A stretch of DNA of 32,298 bases from Reclinomonas americana ATCC 50394 (taxonomy: Eukaryota). A program made the translations under genes and the position numbers. The notes below the pieces were generated by a model that did no database searches, was not told where the DNA came from, and saw only the letters and a program-made list of their open reading frames with translations. Location: the NCBI GenBank assembly GCA_048213135.1, contig PS015360.1:41636-73933 (forward strand), read 5' to 3'. This document shows positions 22,549 to 32,298 of this stretch, piece by piece (position 1 is the first letter of the stretch; each line of letters begins with the position of its first letter).

Positions 22549-25500
22549 TCATGGTCTCTGCCAGGAGGACGGTGTCGGCGCGGAGCCGACGGAGGCGGTG
22601 CCGGAGAGCTGATGAAAGGCGAGTGCCGAAGCGGAGGTGCCGGCGCCGGACGACGTTGTGCTGCTGCACACGGGCGGGTTGAAGACGGCGACTGGAATAC
22701 CGTGCTGGAGGTGTAGTGCGCGGACGCAGAACATGAGGAAGCGGTAGACGTTAAAGACGCCGCTGGAGTGGTTCGGCACGGAGGGTGATGCAGTGCCTGC
22801 TGTTGCTGCTGCCGCTGCTGCTGCGGCTGCTGAGGAAGCGCTGCCAGCTGACGAGTGTGAGGATGAGCCGGCTGACGAAGCAGATCCACTGGACATTCCG
22901 GTCGGCGCGGCACCGGACTCGCCCGTCAATTGCCCCTTCCGCGAGTACCACTCCTGCGCGCGCATGAGGAACTTAACAGCGTCCTTGGTCTTGCGCTCGG
23001 GCACAAAGAGCAGCGTGCAGTCGGGTCGGTAGCTGTGTGTGTGCACGCAGGCGGAGCAGTCAGCGAGGCTGTCTGTCTTCATGCGACACATATGTAAGAC
23101 ACAAACCTCAGCAGCGTGATCAACACCTCCGAGACGTCGATCAGATCGGCCCAGGTGAAGAGGAACACGGGCAGGTTGAAGGATTCGGTGTTCGAGTCGA
23201 TTTGCGTGATGACGTCGAGTGGCGACACCTGCAGCTGCCCCACGTCGAGGAAGCGCACGTACTTGTACTTGCGCCGGTACGACGAGTCGCTCTTGCCGAG
23301 TCGGATCAGCGGCGTGTGGAATGGCGAGTTCGACGAGGCGTCGGTGATGGCGTCGGGCACCTCGTTGCGCAGATGCATGGCATGGAAGTACAGCTCAGCA
23401 ATGTCGGCCTTGCGCTGTCGCTCCTGGGCCGCGAACGCCTTGGCATCGGTCACCGACGAGGCGTAGCACGCAAAGTACTTGGGCACGAGCCAGTTGCCGG
23501 AACGCTCCGTTGTCTGTGCCAACGAGTGAGTGAATAAAAAAAAGAGTCCACAGCTCATCTCTCCACAGACCTCAGACAGGTGGCGTGCCAACAGACTCTC
23601 CAGCGTAAACGAACGCGCCAGCAGCGCCTGGAACATGAGCTCCCACGGGAACAGACGCAGCGAGTGGTTCGTCAGCAGGTACAGCGGCGCTGGTGGCACT
23701 CGCGTTGTGTGCAGATCGGGGAACTTTGGCGCATCACTGGTGAAAATGCGCGCCAACAGACCACGCGACTGCGGTGCCTGTGGCGACTCGCTCGTCACGT
23801 CGGCCAGCGCGCACGGCATGCCTTGCGCCTGCATGCCGACATACGCAAATGGACCCGTAAACACCGTGTCGCGCAACACCTCCGCGAAGCGAACGGCATC
23901 CTCCACAGCCGAAGTGCCAGCCGCCTTCTTCTCCACACGACCCTGACTGACGAGTGCTCCGAGGAACTCTTGCACCTCACTGTCGAGCGTGGTCGCCGCT
24001 CCGGCCACAAGCGTGTCACCAATCACGTCCGATCCTGTGAGACGCAGTGCCGAGGAGCGACGCATCGATGCGGCGGTCTCGCCACCAATCGACGTCGACG
24101 AAGACCGCTGACGTCCACTAAACGGATGCACCGAGGTGAAGCCAGTTCCGGGAAGGTAAAACACCACCACGTCGTACAGCTGGATGGCGTACACCAACTT
24201 GCCGAGGAGCCGCGGAGGCGTCCGTGTCACCGGGAACGGACTGGTGGCACTGCTGGCGGCACCTAGTGAGGGCACAGCCAAGCCGCCACTCTTGCCGTGG
24301 AAGAGTCCTCCGAACTCGGGATCGGCCGACGGTGGTCGACCAGCAGCAGAGGCACCACTCACTGGAGCTGCGGTCGAGCAGGGGCCGAATGAGCACAATC
24401 GACAAGAGAGCAAAAGGAGGGGAAAAACTGAGTGCCCTCTCTCCGACTCACCGATGGGGCTGAAGAGGCCACGCACTCCACCGTCGAACACCGACGATCC
24501 TTGCAAATTGGGCGCACTGGTCATGCTGGGCAGGTGACCACCCAAGCCTCCGCCACCGCCACCACCGCCGACGCCACCGACGCCAACGCCAACACCACCA
24601 CCACCCGACGCAGTGGTGAACGACGCCGCGCGAATGTACTCCATCAAGTTCACCAATCGCCTCGCAATTCTCCGATTCTGTTGCTGGAACTCCACCTGCA
24701 CACAAACCCCGAGTGCACTGTGTGAGACGACACCAGCAAGAAAAATGGAGAGGAAAGCGCGCCCTTCTCACTCACATCCGACAGTTGACCACGCGAGTAC
24801 GACCGCGAAATGAGACGCAGGCGGTAGAAGAGATTCCAGCCGCGCTCGGCATAGCGTTCCATGTCGAGCGTCAGGTTGAGGGCGTTCGCTTGCAGTTTCT
24901 GCAAGTGAACACCAGTCAGTTATCAGGTGACAGATGCTGGCAGGTGGAGGAGAGACATTGGCTGACCTGCGAGGCCGTCGAGCGCACAGTCTGCGAGCCA
25001 ATCATGGAGAACCAAGTGCACATGCGACTTCTCCTACGCGAACTCTTCCAGCTGCCCGATCCCGACGAACTGCCACTTGAGCTGCCCACGGATCCATACC
25101 GGCGACCATTTGTGGTTCTATGACTCTGCCAGTCAGCGGCGCAACACACACACAGCAGGAAGAGGGACACGTGAACAACGCAACAGGCTGCCAACACGCC
25201 TTGTCCGCGTCCCCGACGACGAGTCCAGCGGAGTGCCGTGGAAAGTGGAAAAGTAGTTGCGCTGTGGTGTGGAGGTGGCCGTGTTCTTGGCACGACTGCG
25301 ACGTGCCTCCAGTGCTTGTTTCCGTCTTTCGTGACTGCGCGTCGTGTACCCCGACATGATGCCGGCGCCGCCAGATGCAGAACCACCAGGGGCTGCCGCG
25401 GTGGTGGTCGACGACGACGACGAAGAGCTGTCGCTGCCACTCACAGTGTCGCGAACGGCAGAGAAACTCGGTCGTGGTCTCCGTCTGCACATCACACAAA

Positions 25501-28500
25501 TCAGTGGTAGGTTGGTGGCGACGACAGCGGACACAACCACTCGCGCAACTCGTCAGAGGTCATCACAGGTACTGCGCCATCTTCCGGTGACTCCTCCACA
25601 GGTCGCTTCCTCGCCTGCGTACATCAATCAGCAACTCACGCCCTGCCGCGGCAACAAAGGCATTTGTGTGCATTACGCACCTCGTGCAGCTCCATCTCCA
25701 GCAAGAACAACGCGTCGAAAATCATGAGATTCTCATTCACCACCTCCCTGTCGAAGCACACGAGTGCACGCGAGAGCCGCAGCAAAATGTCGTAAATCTG
25801 CCACATTCACGCACACGCAGAACGTCAGCGGCTGCGGGCAGCAAATACGTTGCGCATCGCTCCGCACCTTTTCTACAAACGGAGGCGGGGCACCGCGTGA
25901 CAGCAACACGGACGTGCCATCCATGAAAAACGAAAACAGCTGATCTCGACATTCGCTCCAAAATGCGCGCGCAGAAGCTGCAGCGATGCACGTCAGCGGT
26001 GAGGAAGCGGATGCAGCAGGGAGAACTTTCAAATTCGAAAAAAAAAAACTCACCGGTGCGCTCTTGCAGAATGCGCAGCTCGGCCATCAGACAGTAACAG
26101 TGGAGACTCATGAAAATGTCACATGTCCGTGCCGCATACGTCATGGACACGGTGAGCAACCGATCAATGTCCGACATGTGCAGCACGCGCTCATCGTCAC
26201 CGCCCTCTGCAGGCACAACGATTGAGGAACGTGCGATACAACAACCGAGTGGACTCGTCGAAAAAAAACGCACCGCAGTGAAGGAGCGCCACCTCGCCGT
26301 ACGGTTGCCGCAAAAGTGCGACCGGCACAAACATGTGGTTGAGCATGGTGCGCGCCTGCGACAAGTAGCACTTGCTCACGCGTCGCTCATCGGCAACAAT
26401 GCGGTAGTAGTGCGCGGCAATCTCGAATGTGTCCAGCGCCAGTGCGACAATGCCACCCACACCGTTGTAGGTGTGAATGTTGTGCTCCAGGGCCAGCAGC
26501 GGCTGCGTCAGGTACTTTGGAAAATGTGAACAAAAGAGTCCACCAGTGATCTGCATGCCGCCGCCAAATCCTGCACGACCTCGGCCGAGTCAGACACACC
26601 ACCGCATGACATCACACTGCACCGCATCCACGCTGCTCACCCGTCATGCCAGCCATGGTCAACGTGGTGGGGAACTCGAGCAGATGCTGACGGTCAGCAA
26701 TGGCCAGCAAGATCTTGCCCTTCATGTACAAGTGCCGACCGAGGCCACTCAAGTTGACGGGCGAGCACATGGAGAGCAGCACGTCGACCCACAGCAGCGC
26801 CTCGACAAAATAGCCCTGCGGCAACCAAAAAATCAATCAATCAACTGCGACTTGTTGCTCGCGTGGAGCAGACGTGTACACACCCCATGGTAACAACACC
26901 GGCATGCCAACTCGACCACCGACAGGTCGGCGCGGACAAGACTGCACGCAGCATGTGAGACAGAAGACTCCATGGTGTGAACCGCTTTCCACGCACCCTG
27001 CGTCACTACTTGATCGCTCTCCTGCAGCACGTCGCGGAACAGGCTCATCCAGCGACCGCGCCAACGTCGCCGTCAGACCCACGGCCTGCTGGAACAGACG
27101 CTTCTTGAGGTACGCCTGCACACACACACACACACACACACACAGTGGTATGAGTGAACACGAAGTAAGACAGGACTACTCGCTTCCTCCCCCCATCTGC
27201 ACCTCGGCCAAGAGCATGAGAACACCGTGCGCCTTTCCACGTGGCAGATCGGCCTCCTTGAGATCCTCCAGCAGGTCGATCGCACGCTCAAAGTAGTACC
27301 CGTCGAGGAACAGACGCGCAAGCTTGACTTGCAAATGGAGGTAGTTGACGTCGATGCGGTACAAGTAGCCGGTCTCCATCTCGTCCAGCTCATCAATGGC
27401 ACTCATGATGAGCAACTCGGCACCGCGCAAGTCACCTCGCTCCAGCGCCATGTCCGCCAGAATCTCCGAAACGTACACAATCTGGCACAAGGGATGGATA
27501 TGAGGGGTGGCGAAGTCGATAGCACTACTGCTTCGTGTATTTCACACACCTCGTTAATGTTGCGATCCTCGCGAGCCTTGCGCAGCACATTGGCGTAGTA
27601 ATCGGTGGCTCGTTTTGCGTCGGAATGCTCTCGACATATCAACGCCAAGCGCCGTATCAACGTGTGGTCCGTGTGGCCAGGGTGCATCAGTGCATACAAC
27701 TGCAGCGAGCTCTCAAAGCACGCAATCGCGTACATGTATTTGCCGTTCGCCAGCAGAATCTCCGCAAACTGAGGAAGCGGAGAAAACATGTGAGGTGAGC
27801 AGCAGCAGCAGCAGCAGAAGCGACAGGAGTGTGTGTGCTTCACTTACCTCAGCAAGCACTGCTGCTCCGAGATCAGACAACACGGCGGCAACACAGCGCA
27901 CGTGTTGTGGCATGTGGTCGACCACAAAGACGGCCTCGAACAGCAGATTTTCTGCCATCATCACATTGCGCTCGTAGTTGCGCAAATGGAGTCCGAGAAG
28001 CCACGCCATCTTGGCCTTGACCTGCACCAACAAGCACTTAGGTCATGCACTGGTCCCGTGAAATGTAGCAACACGCAGCAACGACCCACCTCGGTGAACG
28101 ATGCAATCTTGCCGTACAGCTCCCACATTGCTCGGAGACGAATAGTCGGATCTGTGGCATCCATCGCAAGATCAGCGCCACAAAACCCAACAGTAGAATG
28201 ATGAGGAGCAACGCCGTACGTACCAAACACGAACTGAGAGATGGAAGAGAACTGCTCGGTGACAATGCGGTGACAATGTCTCAGGCAATCGTCTGCGAAA
28301 TCCGCCTCCGAGAACTGCGCAAATGACAGCGACTGGAACAGCACCAGGTGAGCTTCACAGCGCGGCATACAGCGCATGAAAACACAAGATGCGAACGCAC
28401 CTCGTCGCGCCGCAGTGGCAACATCGTGAGCGGACTCTTGCCGGTCAAGTACAAATGCAGGACGCACAAGGCGTCGGCACACAGCTCCTCTTGCGGTGTG

Positions 28501-31500
28501 TTTTCCAGCAAACCGCGACTGCGACCCTCCACGTTCGAGGCAGGTCGGGTGGACGACAGGCGAGCACCACTTGCACTGCACGATTCACAGACGTCATCAT
28601 CCAAACACACACAACGCATGCGCCACATCGCCCCGACAACCGACCTCAAGTTGAGGCTGCGCAGCACCGAGAAGGTACTCTGCAGTACCCGACACAGCGA
28701 CTCGATCACAAGGCGCTGAACAGTGGGCAAGTCGGGAAACGCAAACGTGTGGTGCGCGAATCGCTCGGCCTTGCTCAAGTGCACAAAGGGAACGTGCTCA
28801 GGGAACACGTCAATCAAAATCTCGCACACTCGCTCAAACGCGTTGTGATTCTCCGGCGCCCAGTCCACCGACATGACACGAAGCAACTCCTTGGATCGAT
28901 GAAAGAATCCTGTCACACGTTCGCACGACTCTTCAGCACCAGCGTTCCTCCACCTCAGCAGCGAACACAAAACACACACAAACACACCATTGTGATGCTT
29001 GTAGTCGTCCTCGTCCATCACCGTGCGCTTGGCATCGGGTAGCTGCGTGAAATAGTCCAACGTCGCCTCCATGGCCACCTGCTTCTTGGCATGGCGACAG
29101 GCGCCAGCCACGAATACGAGATACTCGCTTGTCCATTGAGGTGAGAACTGTGTAACACGCAAGAGTAGGTAAAATAAAAGGATTCTGCGGGTGCTACCAC
29201 ACAGAAGCGACGACACCTTGTCGACGTAGAGGACTCGTGCGCGCAAATGTGACAGCGAGAACGTGTCCGACTTGATGGTGTCCGCATGTTTGCTGACAAT
29301 CTTGACGAGCCACTGTTCAAGTTCCTCCTCGCTCAGTAGCTTGATGCCGTCGCGGGTGAGCAACGTCAGCAGCATGGGCGGCTTGTGGTATTTGACAATG
29401 TGGATGTTGTTCATCATGGGGTCGTCGGGAGGCAAGAACTTGAAGCGCGACGGGAACAACTCCTCCTCGGCGGCCGTGGACGCGGTACCGCCTGCCGCAC
29501 CATCTTCGCCGGCACGCATGATCGCGCGCAGCATGGCCACCGTTGAGTTGATTGGAGGGTCGGTGGAGTGCGTGTCACGAGGAACCGCCGACGGATTACT
29601 GCATCGTGACGAAACTCAGAACAATATGCAACCGGCGGCAAACATGCAACTGCGAGAGACAGGTGAGTACGCAACGCTCTGCTCTCCTCCTCCTCAATCT
29701 CCAGATCCCAGTCGGACTCGCTGGAGTCGTCGGCTGCTGATGAGGCCGCCACCGCGGCTGCCATTGCCACAGCCGCACCCATGGATGCAGCGCCGGTGGC
29801 CGCCGACGAACCAATTGGTGTTCCATTGCCGCCACGAGCAGAGAGAGCCAGCAGCGGCGACGCAGTGCCGGCCAAGGCATTCAGCGTCGGCTGCATCACC
29901 GACGATCCGTCCTCAGAGTCGAAAGCATCGCTATAATTGGAACCCGTGCCGATACTGCGATGCTTCGCCTGCTGGAGTCCGGACCGGCCGGCCACTGACT
30001 TGGCGGTCTGCAACAACGAGAGCGCCTCGTGTTCCAAGATCGGATCGTCGATCTGGGACACACACATCGAGGCAATGAGATTCGATCACACATACGAACA
30101 AGAGAAGAGGTGCGGACGTGCCTTCCTGGCGCCCACGATGGCGTGCTTTTGGAACTGGAACGACAGATCGTCGTCGCCGAGGTCGAGTGCGATTTGAGCA
30201 ATGTACAAACACGACATGGCAAATGGTCTGGAAGTATGAAGGTGCGCGTGTGAGCCTTCAACCACATAGTCTCCTCTCCCTTCCCTTTCTTTCCTCCTCC
30301 CTCACCTGGGATAAAATACAGCACCCAACGGCGCAGAAGTACATAGCCTTATGGCGTCCACCAAATGCCGACCTGCCACTGTGGAGCGACCAGCGTCGAG
30401 AGCACACCGGCCCAACAACGCCTCAATGTGCGCTCGCACTCCCGGCAACTCCACCTGAGCCCACGCACCCACAATTCAGCGACATGCATGAAACAGGCAG
30501 GTCTCACTCGATCTTTGTGGCAGCTAATCACCGTGCTCAAAGCCTCCAACGCCCGCTCCAACATCTCGGTGGCGGCCGTAATGTTCTGCAGCTTGATCAA
30601 CGCCTCGCTCATGTGAGCCAAGCACTCGGTCTGCAGTCGGTCAACTGCGGACGACAAAAAAGACGATGAGCGACCCGACCTCTCACGCATCATGCTGAAT
30701 GAGAGACGAAACAATCGGCTCCGCTCAGCGTGTCGCGATACGACGAAATGCGACTGTACGACTGCTCCAGGCGCTGGAAGCACTCGGCATCTAACCGCTT
30801 GTCGCGAAACAGGAGCGCCGTGTCCATCGACACGCGACACTCGTTGACCACGTCACCCTGCTCGCGTGCGGCCGATAACCTGCTCTCCAAGTTGCGTACT
30901 TGCTGCGACACATCCACATAATCGTCCTCCTCTCCCTCGTAGCCAGTGGCGGCCGACGACGACGTGGCCGACTTGCGTGATGGAGATGAACCGAGGGCGG
31001 CCACAGCCTCGAGGAAAGACTCCTCGTCGACACCTGTGTGACAACATTGGTGAGATGGCCCACATGCGCGACCCCTTCCGCTGTACGCAACGTGGAAGGC
31101 CGGGTACCAGATCGGCAAACACTCGAAGCAACTCGCGCTCCTCATCCGTGATCTTGTGACCGCCGTTGGCCGACGCTCCCGCTCCTCCACTCCACGAACC
31201 ACGACGCCGACTCGACAATCGTTTCCTCACCAAGTCACGCTGTGCTCTCTTGCTGCGCGCCAGTGCCCCTTGCAGGCCTGCATCACACCAAATAAGCACC
31301 TGTCATTCAACAACCCTCACTGGCACATACACACGCACCACCAGGCGCCGGTGGAGGTCTCTTGCGCGCCGAGTTATTAAACAAGTGTCCCTGTCCATCG
31401 GCAGTGACAGGCGTCGCCGTCGCCGAGTTCTGTCCACTGCCACCACCACCACTGGCACTGCCACTGGCCGTCGCCGCCGCTGTGAAATGATCGGGGGTGT

Positions 31501-31738
31501 TGGCAGGCGAGTCCTCAAAGATGAAATCGTCGCCCCAATCCTCCTTTGGTGCATTGTCGGCCGAATGACCGAGGATCCTCAACTGCATGAGCGCGACAGT
31601 GAGTGTGGTGGGAAAGAGAGAGAGAGAGACTCTCTCAGTCGTTGATCGCACCGGAGCTGGCCTCTGTTGCTTGGCAGCGGCACCGCCCACTACCAAGCCG
31701 CCCTCCTCAATATCTGACCAATCCTCCGAGTCATCCAT
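22549..31738 (-). CDS. Very large (roughly 2,500 aa, ~25 exons) TPR/alpha-solenoid protein with acidic-Trp motifs at the N-terminus and a degenerate CHAT/separase-like C-terminal domain
   Basis: Open spliced frame from ATG 31738 to TGA 22551-22549. TPR-like helices: 'LAHMSEALIKLQNITAATEMLERALE', 'FAEILLANGKYMYAIACFESSLQL', 'LARLFLDGYYFERAIDLLE'. C-terminal 'PLYLLTNHSLRLFPWELM' resembles the CHAT L..lP[WF]E.L motif. Confidence 0.8.
27119..27144. repeat. Intronic (CA)n/(TG)n microsatellite forming the 3' end of an intron of the TPR gene
   Basis: Uninterrupted CA tract adjacent to the minus-strand acceptor. Confidence 0.9.
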
Positions 31739-32298
31739 GATGATGATGATGATAACTGATCACTTGTGTTCTCTCGCTCGCTCCCTGAGGAGGAGACAAG
31801 ACGGGAAACACACACACACGCGAGAGAGAGGCGTGTGTGTGCGTGTGCGTGTGTGTGTGGAGGGACCTGAGGCCACTGCGCGAAACCCTGCGTGTGTCGA
31901 TGCATCATGAGCGAACAAACGAAGCACAGAATCATCGCTCAATAACACATACAGAGACAGTGAGCATACGCGTGCGTGTGTGTCTGTCTGTCTCTCTGTG
32001 TCACTGCCTGTGCACGCGCGTGTGTGCGTGGAAAGAGAGAGAGACACACACAATGGCGCACACACTTCCTCACGCACTCACCACACACAGACTCCAATGC
32101 CGCACACGCGCTCACAATGGAGAACAACACCACAGAGACACTGTGTACACAGGAGAAGAGCACACACAGAGCTCACACTGACACACACACACACACACAC
32201 ACAAGGTCGTTGCACCAACAATGAGTCACACAAGCGCGGACAATCAATCACTCACACAAGTGCGACGAGGTGTGCGCGTGCGTGCTGTCTCTCTGTGT
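31739..32298 (-). promoter_or_regulatory. Low-complexity CA/GA/GT-rich 5' UTR and upstream region of the TPR gene
   Basis: No credible coding frame; dense (CA)n, (GA)n, (GT)n and (ATC)n tracts like those before other gene starts here. Regulatory role is inferred from position only. Confidence 0.4.

Noticed and set aside
1-32298. Alternative genetic code or stop-codon readthrough suggested by many short ORFs
   Set aside because: Every in-frame stop I followed falls inside a short intron with donor, branch-like CT(G/C/A)AY and AG; spliced frames are open in the standard code.
1-32298. CRISPR arrays, tRNA/rRNA genes, transposons, U12-type introns
   Set aside because: No spaced direct repeats, RNA-gene signatures, transposase/RT motifs, terminal repeats or RTATCCTT donors were seen; repeats are simple microsatellites.

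Overview
Intron-rich, GC-rich, gene-dense eukaryotic (protist-like) genomic DNA with two assembly gaps (18310-19031, 20158-20731). The six-frame ORFs are mostly exon fragments or antisense shadows. Splicing by hand through roughly 100 short (mostly ~55-85 nt) GT-AG introns gives eight protein-coding loci. On the + strand: a 5'-partial ARM-repeat / HEPN(DZIP3-like) / TKL kinase; a WD40-FN3-coiled-coil gene A; a secreted cystatin + papain-like (Cys->Ser) + EGF protein; WD40-FN3-coiled-coil paralog B; an NB-ARC/STAND NTPase running into a gap; and a fatty-acid-hydroxylase domain emerging from that gap. On the - strand: an atypical Rho GTPase and a very large TPR protein with a CHAT-like C-terminus. 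The most striking signals are in the splicing code. About a quarter of donors are GTTGCG, lack +5G and almost never have exonic -1G, consistent with a +1-shifted recognition register used as a major donor class. The Rho gene appears to need a 2-nt microexon, and two introns share a GC donor, AAG|GCACGT. All gene models and domain calls are manual, made by motif recognition without database searches.
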